NCBI GenBank assembly: GCA_027923505.1
Contig: BROI01000023.1
Coordinates: 248,001-312,000, forward strand
Direction: 5' to 3'
Source of the DNA: Mayamaea pseudoterrestris
Lineage: Eukaryota
DNA length: 64,000 bases
Shown piece after piece: positions 47,749-59,024 of this stretch (position 1 is its first letter; each line of letters begins with the position of its first letter). Both the position numbers and the translations under genes were made by a program. The notes beneath the pieces are model-generated. The model was not told where the DNA came from, ran no database searches, and saw nothing but the letters and a program-made list of their open reading frames with translations.

Positions 47749-48677
47749 TTAAATATCGCGCAACACAACTTCCTCGCCATTGTCATCCACTCGCACCAGT
47801 GCAAAATTAAGCTCATCGGTCGCCGGTGACAATTGCTTCAATCGGATATAATACTCGTGGAACACAAAGCGAGTTTCATAATGCGGGCTGTCCGGAAGCA
47901 AAATGAGGTTGCAACACATGTAGCAGCAGAAGAACATGTCCAGGTTCACCTTTAAACGATCGATTGGGCGAGTAAATAATCGATCATGGAACACCCATAT
48001 CAGACGGCCTAACAAACCGGGAGTATCCAAAAGCTGTTGAACAGCTTCTCTGTGCCAAGGGCGGCTGACAACCAACACCTCACCAGCGGGCTCCACCTCG
48101 CTAATAAAGGTTCTGGCTGAACGAGAGTCGGTAATGAGAATCAAGAATAACGAATGGAAACGATCGACCACATCAGCATGATGCTCCACATGCACCAACA
48201 ATGCGTCCATGACCAAGCGGTAGATGGCTTCTCGGCCATTACTGCCCTTAAGGCGTGCGCCAATGAGAATCAACGAATTCAGACAATTCTCGAGGAGATC
48301 AACATCATTAGGAAAGAAGTCCATGTACCCCACCATTTCAGCCGCTATGCGGTAAACTTGTGTTGATGTTATGGTGTGAATGAACCTGCCGCATGGAGCA
48401 TCGCATTCTGGATCGCAGAAAGTCTTGTGCGGACCGCGAATGCAAGAACACCCACAAAGTCACGCGCAATGCGGTTCGAAATCACAGGCTCACCAAAGGC
48501 GCGATTGGAACAAAGGATGACCATTCGGACACGCGCAGCGCAGTCAATGGGGGCTGGCCCAACAATGAAAGGGTCAGCTGTGGACAATAGCAGCGATGCG
48601 TTAGTGAACATGACATGATTATGGATGACACGAAAGATGCGTGAGTGCACTGATGCTTACCTTCATCGTCGTCATCA

Positions 48678-48744
<67 letters not shown>

Positions 48745-49540
48745 CGTCGCCGTCATCGTCCTCCTCCTCGTCCTCGTCCTCCTCGTCCTCCTCGTCCTCC
48801 TCTTGACTTGCAACTGATACTTGCGCTTCCTGCTCGACTGAAGCTAGTATACCAGCAAAGTCGTTGTTGCGAGCGGCGTCAATCGTTTCGTCAACAGCAG
48901 GTGACTCGTCCACCACTGGAGCAGAAGGTTCCAAGCAGTCTACCAAGAAGAAACGAACGACAATGAGATGAAATGAGATGCTTGACATTCAAGCGAGTAA
49001 GCAGCTGCAAATCATTTACCATCGTCAAATACCAAAGCCGCAGACGAGTCCTCATGAGCATCAACAGCTCCCGTTAGCTGGAGAACGTCAATGGCATCTG
49101 GACAAGAATGGCAAGCACGAAAGGTCAAAATTAATGTTAGCTGAAAAAGAACAATATCGTCATCAAGCAAATAACTCACCACCAGCAGAAGCTACCGCAG
49201 CCAGAGCAGAAGCCAAAGCAGCAGACGCCAACGCCGCAGTCTCAGCAGCAGCAGAAGCAGCCGCAGCAGCAGCAGACGCAGCAGAAGCAGCCGCAGCAGC
49301 CGCATCAGCAGCAGAAGCCGCAGCCGCAGCCAACAGTGACAGCGACTGAATGTTGCTCTGCTCCACCGTTGCCTCCTGATTGCCTCCCAAGGAATGGGCC
49401 GCGGAGCCGCGGGCAAGATTGGAAGTGGAAGGATTGCGGGCAGCGCTTGTTCGTTCCGCACCCTCGGCAAAGCCAAGGGAGCTTCCAGCGGCAGAGCGAG
49501 GCTCGGTAGTCTTCGTGGTTGGCTTGGTACTGTTCATCAT
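47749..49540 (-). CDS. Multi-exon protein with poly-Ala and poly-Asp/Glu tracts and a helical (possibly ARM-like) C-terminus
   Basis: Exons 49540-49180, 49097-49020, 48939-48661 and 48577-onward are joined by phase-1 GT-AG introns that all preserve frame. Joining to ORF 47749-48336 needs a 41-nt intron or a 1-nt indel. Confidence 0.65.
48661..48803. repeat. Trinucleotide microsatellite (TCG/TCA/TCC) encoding a poly-Asp/Glu tract
   Basis: Read directly; it lies inside exon 3 of the minus-strand gene. Confidence 0.9.
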
Positions 49541-51432
49541 GGTAGTGTTGGTAGTAGTAGTAAAAGGTGTGAGACGGTTTCGTTGCTTCAAGTCAGGCTG
49601 ATTCTCGATTGTGACGAGCAATCGGTATGAATAGAAGGAGGAGCAGATTGCTTCGCGTTCGAACGATCGACGATGCTTCTGCGTGAAATTCGCTTGCGGG
49701 CCAAACAGTCCAAAAGGATGTGCCGGCGTGCCAACTGTGACTGACAGTTAAGGTAATCGTACTTTAAAATGTCAATCAGGTCATTAGCGTTCGGGCATTA
49801 TCGTTCGCTCATCGACGCGCCGCCTCGCCGCGCCACCTCCACAATTCGACACGACCAATTTGAACAAGTTCACTCACACTCATTACTTCTGAAAGGTCCC
49901 GCATATCCCCACAAGCTCTGATTGTATCTCACTCCCATTAAGAACCGACGACAGCAACACCATTAACAGCATTCACAGTGGCGAGTTGCGCCTCCGGACT
50001 GAATCAGTCAATTGCACTTGGCACCATCGTTGGCAGCCGTAACTCCAGAATCGACCGCAAAAGCGAAGAGATCCAAGCGGCGAGCAAACGCGAAGAGTCG
50101 GTCAAATGTGGAAAGCTTTCGCATAGCCGTCGTGGTTGGAGTAAAACCAAGATCGAGACCGAAACGAGTCGATTGCCCTTTTGACAGTCACTGTCGAAAA
50201 TCGGTCGCGCTGACAATCATTATGAAGGCTCCACAAGCGATAACACAAGCCAATCCAATGATGCTGCAAGCGACGAAGGCAAGAACATGGTTGCTGGCCC
50301 TCCATCGGTTTTCGAATGCCTGCCCACGAGTTCTCACTATCGCTAATTCATAACGCCCTCTAGTCCTTCTGCCATCATCGATTATTGACCCCTCGGTGCT
50401 TGCTCCGACGCACTTTAGCCGTGAAATATGCTTTGGATCACTGCTGCAGGAACTCGTGACCATGAGAAACCACTCGGGTCAACGGTTCGGCGGATACTCG
50501 CACTTCCCACCGCTTTAGCGCCAATCACTCCAACTCATTGTCTCCGTAAACGCCGACGACTTGCTCTTTGCAAGCGGTGACTCCAGCTCGATGAAGCAGC
50601 ATCTCGCGAATCGTCTCGCCTGAACAACGAGCTCCGAGTGATAGCCATACCGTGTAGATGGTTGGCAGATCGACTGGTACCTTCACCAAGACGATCCCAG
50701 CATTTGGTCAATCAACGCTGTCGTCAACAGTCAGATACTACTTCGGCTAATTAAAACCGCTCACAACACACTATATACGATTTCTTTACTGCAATTCTAT
50801 CCGCTAGCCGATAATACTCAACTTGTATGCTAGAGATCGTGTGATCCATTGTTAGAGTGTGCAACACCAATCCATTTTGACGTGGACTGATCTCATCGGC
50901 ATGTCCTCATGTCTCTTCGTACAGATATTCCAAAGGCCATCGCGTCGGACGTACGGCGGCACGAACTTTGATACGCTAACGTCCATTCAATGGTGCAAAC
51001 GCTGGCGAGATGGTAAAGGTGAAGTCGCGAGCGCGGCGCACGCTCACAGTGGGCTGCCGCCACTCACATCCTTTCAGCATTCTCTGGAAAAACTCGTTTC
51101 TTTACCGCCCGTAACCGCTGTCGGCTTTCAAATCATAACTTCCGTACAAAACTGGCATGTACTTTCTCAGGGAGGGCCTCTTTTGGCGGGCGAGTCGACG
51201 GGCTGGGGCCAATAGAAACTTCTCCCACCACTGAGTGGGTTGATTGAAATGCAACGATTAAGAACATGCTGGGCAGGTATTAACATGCATTCTCTATCAT
51301 GCTGTGAGGGTGATTTAACTTGCATGGGTGCTCTACGTGCTTCTTAGCTATAAAAGAATCGCTAGACTGTCTCACCACCACTTGTCGTGACGTCCTCCAA
51401 TCGAAGGTGCGGCGTCTCGCACAACCTCCACC

Positions 51433-52181
51433 ATGAGCCTCTCCTCCGTGACCGCCCGCCGATCCTTCCTCGCCATTCGCAACCGAGGAGGACTGGCCGC
51501 CTCTAGCGCTCGAGCATTTAGCTCAAATGTCCCGAAACAAAATGATTTGGAACGGCCGTCGTACAAGGAGAACATTATGCCTGTAAGTGGGATCAAGGAG
51601 GCTATTCGGCTGACGCCGACACTTGCGACGCGCTACTTTTAGCTAAAAGACAACTCACATGCATCATCTGTCAATTCATAAAGACTCCATGGAACGAAAT
51701 TCTAGACAATTCCTCCAAGATTTTCTTCATTACGGAAATTGCGCGCGCGTTTTGGTTGGCTGGCGAAGTCTTCTTCAAACCCAAGGTTACCATCAATTAT
51801 CCCTACGAAAAGGGTCACCTTTCGCCGCGTTTTCGCGGAGAGCATGCCTTGCGTCGCTACCCATCGGGTGAGGAGCGCTGCATTGCCTGCAAGCTTTGCG
51901 AGGCTGCCTGTCCGGCTCAAGCCATTACCATTGAAACGCAGGAACGAGAGGATGGCGCGCGTCGTACCATTCGATACGACATTGACATGACAAAATGCAT
52001 CTACTGCGGCTTTTGCGCAGAAGCGTGCCCAGTTGATGCCATTGTGGAAGGACCTAACTTTGAGTTTGCGACCGAGACGCGCGAGGAACTATTGTACGAC
52101 AAGGAGAAGCTGCTGTCGAACGGCGACAAATGGGAGCGACAGATTGCCAAGAACCTTTTGAATGAGCATCTTTACCGTTAA
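51433..52181 (+). CDS. NDUFS8: Mitochondrial complex I 2x[4Fe-4S] subunit (TYKY/NuoI); exons 51433-51582 and 51684-52181
   Basis: [32 protein letters not shown] and [12 protein letters not shown] motifs, an Arg/Ser-rich mitochondrial presequence and a phase-0 GTAAGT...AAG intron. Confidence 0.97.
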
Positions 52182-52426
52182 TAATTCTGTCGTATTTGCT
52201 TTTTACTGCACTAGTAATATCGTGTAAACATCTTTGTACGGTCGAGTGGCTGCAAGCATACTCTAATTGACTCGTAGTCACTAGCGAGTCGATTGAGCAA
52301 ATGTCTCGTGAACAGCAGTCATATGTATTACTATGTTAAACAGGAAGAGTTTATTGGGAGTCAATATACTATGTTACGCCAACAAGACCTATACTCAGCC
52401 AAACGACCCGCATGGCTTCGACGTCT

Positions 52427-53371
52427 TTAGATGGAATTTTGGCGCGAAGGATGCCCGCGATTCAACAACTTCACTTCATTAGAAAGCTCTTCAATACGCT
52501 CGATTGCTAATTTGCGGTGCTTTGAAAGTCGCAGAGCCAGTTTCTCAGCCCGCTGGGCGTGCTCGTCACGCTGACTGCGATACGTTGCCGCTTTGGCCTT
52601 GTACCGTTTAGCGCGGTTACGTTCCAACACGACGAGTTCGAACAGTACACTTGCATGGCTGGCATCATCGTCAACATCTGACATGACCGTATCCACTGCC
52701 GAGGCTGGTTGCGATTCCTCCTGCGTGCGAACAGATGGCTGAATCGTTGACGCCGCGCTTGTTCCCTTTTTGCAAGCCGACTCGGAAGAAACGTTGCTTG
52801 CACCTGTCGCCACGTTCGCTCCGACAAGACCTTTTGGAGTCGCATCCCACACGAAACCAATTGCATCCAAGCGTGCTTGACGTTGCCGAGACAAGATTCC
52901 CTTCCTGTAGTTTTTGCGCTGCCGACTCACCCAAAATGCCAGAGAAGGATTTTCCGGATATCCATAAGGAACCAAGCAGTCGCCCGTCAAAGCACGATAC
53001 GCCTTCAAATGCTTAAATGACGCATCCCAAAAGTCATTTGATCGCCGCATATTGCCGAGAGAGACAGTAACAACCCATTTAAATCCAATCGCCTCCAACT
53101 TTGCAATTCGTTCCCGAGACAATTTGCCATCTTTGTATAGTCGACGCTGCTTGCCGACCCAATATCCAAGAAAGATATTTTCCGGATAGCGCCCAGGAAC
53201 CAAACAGGTTCCCGTCATTGCACGAAATGCCTTGAGTTGCTCGTACAACTGCTCCCATGATTCTTCCAAGGTGGGTACCGGTAGAGATGGTGCGTTCGAA
53301 ATGGAAGCTGCCATGGTGCTCGTCTGTACGTTGCTGTTGCCGGCCAAAACCGGTATATTGCAATCGGACAT
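52427..53371 (-). CDS. Helicase-associated (HA) domain protein, two HA repeats plus C-terminal coiled coil
   Basis: W...L.A(F/Y)R..TG.CLVP..YPEN..L..WV..QR..Y..G.LS..R...L.AIGF.W occurs twice. Confidence 0.9.
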   Translation of the reverse strand: MSDCNIPVLAGNSNVQTSTMAASISNAPSLPVPTLEESWEQLYEQLKAFRAMTGTCLVPGRYPENIFLGYWVGKQRRLYKDGKLSRERIAKLEAIGFKWVVTVSLGNMRRSNDFWDASFKHLKAYRALTGDCLVPYGYPENPSLAFWVSRQRKNYRKGILSRQRQARLDAIGFVWDATPKGLVGANVATGASNVSSESACKKGTSAASTIQPSVRTQEESQPASAVDTVMSDVDDDASHASVLFELVVLERNRAKRYKAKAATYRSQRDEHAQRAEKLALRLSKHRKLAIERIEELSNEVKLLNRGHPSRQNSI

Positions 53372-55208
53372 GATAATCCTGTATCCAAGTTATGTTATAT
53401 GCTGTGTAAAAAGTTGCGGAAGTGATTGCAAACCAGCAGATTGATGCTCTGTTGGTCGATGAAATAATGGTGCGAGGACGCCATTTTCGCGGTCTAAACT
53501 ATTCACACCGGCATTCATATCTGTCGTATCGCAACTCAGCACCGAGGTAGTTTCAGTATGGAAAACAAGTGCAAATACGAGTACTGGTAGCCGCAAGCCA
53601 ACAACAATCTTCCCACTGTGAACCCTGCAGCCAAAAATAGTCGTCAAGATGACTCATGTTGCAATTGTTCGTCTAGGGATCTACGGTAAGAAGCGGACGT
53701 GTGGTCAACTACAGGACAGATCTGCGCACACCTGCCAACTACTGGTGCCATTGTCATATTTGAGTTGTCAAGAGGTGTGGTTTTCTATATCAATCTTATA
53801 CCGGTAGCGCAATTCTTATTGTAAACTTTCACCCAATAACTCGGCCATGAAGACGTTACTTTTAATCACCATATTGACCAAGCAGCCAAAAATGACGCGC
53901 TTATACTCGTGATAAAACACAGGCTTTACATATACTTGCGAGACGTAGATTTTTAAACTCAAGAGTTGTAAATTGTCTGCTCAAGTTGTGCTAGTCAGTG
54001 TAGCTTGTCGTCGAGTCGACAAGGATCAACGGAATGTCATTCTCGTCGATTGGATTCGCCATGTAAAAGGACAAACCACTCGTTAAGCTTTCATCGGTAG
54101 AGCTGCTTGAACATATAACCTCTGGACATGCTTCTTTCGGTCCATACGTATAGTTGTTTGTCATTATGCTTGAGTAGTGGTCGTCATCGACCACGCCACC
54201 ATTGGCATCGGCTCGTCCACATTGATCACGGAAGGAAAATACGGCTGCCGCAATTGGCAGAATGAAAAAGGAGATTGCTTCCAATCCTGACATGCTGACA
54301 GGAAAGCAGTAAGATGTACTTGATGCATCGATAGTGGCAGCAGCAGCAAGCTTCGTGTGCGCCTCGAGGTATTTGATGGTCCCGAAAGAAATCGTGGAAC
54401 GCATGACGAAACATCACGAACGAGCAAGCCGAGCCTGTATTATGTCGGATCGGCTTAATAGTCTTATCGGTACTGGAAATGGTCCGATCGACCAATCGAC
54501 CATGGAACATTCGTTGTGGCACCGGCAGAATAGTCATTGCACGCACAGCCTTCGATGACGATGACAAGTCTTGCTACTATGATAGACTCTATGAATTGCT
54601 ATGCAATTAAGTTGGTCTGCTTATATCCATTACAGGCCTCGCGAAGGACGGCGACGATGACTACGAGCAAAATGCATCCATGAATTGACAGTGAATGGAA
54701 ACGACGAGAACATGCTTGTCGAATTACAATGAAGCGCATTTATCGAGTAAGCAAATTTAGACAGTTGCATTGACATGGGTCATATCCAGTGGGAGGCTTT
54801 AGATGTTGTTCCATTCTTATTCTCGTCTTCGACGGCTTCAAATTCTGCGCGTCACGACCATTCGGTTCAATGGATCATGCCAGCTGCTGGAAATGCAAAC
54901 AAGTGTATCATAAAGGTAGATATGGCGGACATAAGCAATAAAGCAGCCGCTGGTTCAACCCTCGTCACTTGAATTGAAGCTGCGTCTTGGTTGATTGCTT
55001 GGCTGGAGTGGCTGCTGTATTCTTACTGCTTGCTGCTGGTTGGTGTCTATGTGTTGGAATGTGCCTCGATTGGATAGAGCGGCATCTGACGCAAGCAACA
55101 CAAAAATTGGCCAATCTACCAGTCATTGGACCGTCGGCTGGCTGTTATCCAAACGACGAAAGTGTTCATTGCGGATTTCGGTCGACCCAACTGACGAGGA
55201 AGACCACC

Positions 55209-55472
55209 ATGGCTCTACTGAGACTTGGGGCGTTGTTGATGTGCTTGATGAAACTTAGTGCATTTGATCCTGATGCAGAAGTGCGGTCCAGTCGGACAAC
55301 TAGTCTGCATGCGTTTCGAAATGCGGCGCCTACGACAGAGGAAGGCATCGAACAAACCAAAGCACTCATTCTCAAGCGCAAACACTTTGACGACGATGGC
55401 ACCATTCGCGATCGTGAACTCAGTACTTTTGTTAAATCGAAGAATTCTTACTGTATGACATTGCTGAAGTAA
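55209..55472 (+). CDS. Small putative plastid protein, or decayed relative of the N-terminus of the 56117 gene
   Basis: Signal peptide ending LSA-F. TTSLHA...TTEEGIEQTKALILKRKH resembles TTSLSA...TFEEDLELTVKAIFKH of the next gene. Confidence 0.45.
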   Translation: MALLRLGALLMCLMKLSAFDPDAEVRSSRTTSLHAFRNAAPTTEEGIEQTKALILKRKHFDDDGTIRDRELSTFVKSKNSYCMTLLK

Positions 55473-56116
55473 ATGAGCCTTTGATTCCCGACCAAGGTGC
55501 CGTTCGGTTGGCGTTCGACATGAATTACAAGAGGAATTCATTATTCTGATTGAAAGTATAGGCGACAGTACGAAGAAGCGAATGCGGTATTGTTGGAAGA
55601 GGTCGCCGAGAGTGAACGATGCGTCTTCGTGTCCCTTGGTGCGCACGGTACAGGCACTACATGGCGCAGTTTCAGCACATCTTGCCCCTGTTAGTATAAC
55701 CTCGCTACTCGACGGCTTGTAATATGTAGATTATGTCGTACTGTATGCAGTTGTCGCGAGACCTTTCAGGCTACAGAATGATCGACTTCTATACGCCAGT
55801 CTCACTAGCGGCCAAGCGTTGCAGGTTGCAGGCAATCGCAAGATCAAACGGATGAGTCATTTGTAATTCTCGTGGGATCGAATGCTTCCGTTTGGCCGTT
55901 TTATTCTGTTTTCATGACGCAGAAGAGCCAACTGTTGTTAAAAGAGTACACAAACACACTGACGTACTTTCGTCTTGTCGCGCACGCGCAAAAGCGGCGT
56001 CAACTTACCGAAAACATGGCTGCCTCGTGCTGTCGTCCTCCAGCGTTGCAGTTGAACAACAACAGACGCTTACTTCCCTCGCTCCACTGTGCATATACCG
56101 ATAAAAGGATCCTGAA

Positions 56117-56923
56117 ATGAAGCTTCATGTTGCTGTACTCGCTCTGTCATTCGCAAACGCCGACGCATTCGTTTCGCGCACCGCTTTCCGACCAACAACA
56201 TCACTCTCCGCTGCTGCGGCCGCGACAACATTTGAGGAGGACCTTGAACTTACTGTAAAAGCAATCTTTAAGCATGTTGGAAACGATATGAGCAAAGGTG
56301 GTGCACCGGGCGTGACCGCCGTCGCACCAAAGCCTGCTGCTACTGCCGTTGTCCAAGAGCCAGAGAAGGCTGCAACTTTAGAATCAGATGCAGCTACCGT
56401 CGACTTGTCCATTCCTTATGATGCGGCCGCTCGACTAGAGTTTGACGCATCCAACAAGAAATTTGATGCCAAGAAGTTTGAAGCTTTTAAAGAGGAATAC
56501 TATACCAAGACTGTGGCAATGGTCACTGCCAAGAAGGCGGCGCGCGATAGTGCATCTACGCCGGCTGCTCCATCGAAGGCGGCCCCCGCCAAAACGGCAG
56601 CAGCGCCGAAAGCTGCTAGCAGTATCGACATTGCTGTTGACTATGATGCGCCAGCCAAGTTAGCCTTCACACAGAAGTTTTGTTCATTTGACGAAGCTAA
56701 ATTTCCCGAGTTCAGAAAGGCATACCTTGCAGGCGCCGTCGCCATGGTTACTGCAAAGCAGCAGGTCCGCAACGGAAACATCTCAGTCCCATACGACGCT
56801 GCCGCACGGCTTGCTTTCATGACAGCCAGTGACAATGTGTTTGACGAAGCCAAGTATGCCAAATTCAAGGAGGAGTTTGAGGCAAAGGCAGTCGCTGAGG
56901 TTTCAGCCAAGCACAAGAAATGA
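56117..56923 (+). CDS. Plastid-targeted protein with three YDA(A/P)A(R/K)LxF helical repeats and Ala/Pro/Lys linkers
   Basis: Signal peptide ending ADA-FVSR plus a transit peptide, followed by three ~43-aa repeats. Confidence 0.88.
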   Translation: MKLHVAVLALSFANADAFVSRTAFRPTTSLSAAAAATTFEEDLELTVKAIFKHVGNDMSKGGAPGVTAVAPKPAATAVVQEPEKAATLESDAATVDLSIPYDAAARLEFDASNKKFDAKKFEAFKEEYYTKTVAMVTAKKAARDSASTPAAPSKAAPAKTAAAPKAASSIDIAVDYDAPAKLAFTQKFCSFDEAKFPEFRKAYLAGAVAMVTAKQQVRNGNISVPYDAAARLAFMTASDNVFDEAKYAKFKEEFEAKAVAEVSAKHKK

Positions 56924-57339
56924 ACTTACCTCTAGTTTCGCTGCGTATATTAGCTATTCTCTGCTCAGCAGAATTACTTAGATCAGAAGGTTACCATTGC
57001 AACACGCTATAGTCTGTGATTAAGGCATTGCTACTTATTGTATTGCACGGGAAGTGAAGCCTGCTGGGCCCCTATTTTCTCCTCATTGCACGCTTCACAG
57101 GACAATGCTAATTTGGTAAATTCTTATCTTGGAGAGAAACTAACAGTAAGCAAGGAAACCGAATAAGCAGTTCCTGCGATGCTACAAGAGCAAAATAATA
57201 TGAAGAAAGTGACATCCCACCGCGACTGAACTCGTGCTGCGCGCCTTCCTTTTCACTGTCAGTTTCGTCCATCGCGCGACTTTCTCACCTTCGATCATCG
57301 TTCAGTGCATTGTGGCAACAATACATTCAACACCAATAT

Positions 57340-57660
57340 ATGAATCAATTTGTGCAGCGGGTGGCAAACTACATTGCCAATGAAATCATTATCAAAGGTT
57401 TGTCCAACTCGAAAACCTTTCAAAAGTTTGCCATTCGAAGCGACTCCAAGATCCAAGAGTTCCATAAGACTGGCTCCGAGTCTTTCAACAAAGCTTTCGA
57501 GGAGCTGAGCAAGATGCAAGCCGTTGGTACCTCAGCAATGACCAATAATATAGGCGCTGCAGCGCGATCAGGACCGCCAGTGCCGCCTATGCGAGGGTTT
57601 GCTGGTTTCATTGAAGCATTCTTGAAAGAAATACGCAAGGACTTGGGCCTAAAGTCCTAG
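57340..57660 (+). CDS. Small conserved uncharacterised eukaryotic protein
   Basis: MNQFVQRVANYIANEIIIKGLSNSKTFQKFAIRS resembles, from memory and unverified, a small plant/protist family with the pattern LANSxxFQRFAVRT. Confidence 0.7.
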   Translation: MNQFVQRVANYIANEIIIKGLSNSKTFQKFAIRSDSKIQEFHKTGSESFNKAFEELSKMQAVGTSAMTNNIGAAARSGPPVPPMRGFAGFIEAFLKEIRKDLGLKS

Positions 57661-57825
57661 CATTACATACATATGGCCGTCCTACTTAGAGAACTTTTAT
57701 ATGGTTATCATGGTGCTTGTTGGACGTCGTCCATTAACGCGCGCAAGTTGGCTTTTGAACCGTCGCAGGAGCGCCAAATTACGAGGTTGCTCGTGCACCT
57801 TACGCTGGAAGAGGCATATGTTTTG

Positions 57826-57995
57826 ATGACGTAGTTCTCACTGGCACTCGTTTCACAATATTGCCTTATGACGTAGTTATCACTGGCACTCGTTTCACAT
57901 TATTGCTGCATGACGTAGTTTTCACTGGCACTCGTTTCTTACTATTGCCTCATGACGTAGTTTTCACTGGCACTCGTTTCCAACTATTGCCTCGT
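57826..57995 (+). repeat. 42-bp phased repeat array 3 (4 units)
   Basis: Core TTxTCACTGGCACTCGTTTC at 57835, 57877, 57919 and 57961, each preceded by ATGACGTAG. Confidence 0.95.
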
Positions 57996-59024
57996 GGGCG
58001 GCGTGGTGAAATTGAATGTGCAAGGTGCACAAGAAACTGTTCGAATACAGTCAACTCGTCTACTGTATTGGTCCCGCGCTGTTTGTCCCTGTCAGTTATG
58101 CCAAGTAGCAACCTACTTGCCCAACGGTCAAGTGATATTGCATGGGACTGTTGGTCTGACAACGATTTCGAGAAGACATTATTCTTTGCTTTGTCGCTTC
58201 GACGGGATTGAAGCATGAGTTCGACTCCCATCGAGCAATCCCCGAAACCACATGAATCGATACAATCAGTGCGACAGCCTGTATCGCATGACATTGCTTT
58301 TGCCAACGTTTTATTCTCGATGACATGCATGAGTGCATGAGCGTCTGCTGGAATTGCTGATTAAAGGAACTTCGCTTCCGTCGCTTTTGACACATTGTAA
58401 TAAAGAATTACCAACAACAAGCATATCTGTTACAGTCTTCATTTCTTAAATTCAAACCAGTGAAGAACACGACTGAGATTTGAGGGACTTTTGTGCGATA
58501 AACTGGTGCCTCGTGCTGGCCGAGATTAAGGGTCTACTCTACCGTAGTACACAATGAACCTGACGATTGGCAATAGCGTCTACTGATAGTGCACGCTGCA
58601 GCGAAGGCAGATGCTAGAGGCAATAGCTCATGTGCACAACATAAACGTGCTTACTTCAAGGTTCTTTTGGTGTGTCCGCTTAGTGCCGTTGTTTTGGCGA
58701 GGTGACTGTCATCGCACTTCGCGCGTTTTGTTGTCGTCAAGTCGGTGTTTGATCGGATTTGGTGGGTGGTGCTATATATACACGAGACACTTTAATATAC
58801 TTGCAAGATCATGCTGACTGTGACTTTACGAAAGTCAAGTTGACAATCGGTTGTAACAGTCGTCGCAATTCTGTTTTCTCTACGTGTCAAAGATACGCTT
58901 CGCATCTAATCTATGTAATGTCATATATATATATTCTTGGCATAAGACTGATTTGATTTACTTTTTATGTTTATTCATATTAACGTCTTTGTATTGTCTG
59001 CACTTCGGCATGAATCGTGTTATT

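Noticed and set aside
48625..49476. Poly-Arg/Pro and poly-Leu/Arg ORFs (48625-48966 +, 49192-49476 -) and the Ala-rich 48978-49349 + ORF
   Set aside because: These are alternative-frame or antisense readings of trinucleotide tracts in the spliced minus-strand gene.
49950..50750. Protein-like fragments on the + strand
   Set aside because: Multiple stops, no recognisable domain and no consistent splice model.
53991..54567. Short minus-strand ORFs with a hydrophobic stretch
   Set aside because: No clear ATG start or domain; cannot be supported as a gene.
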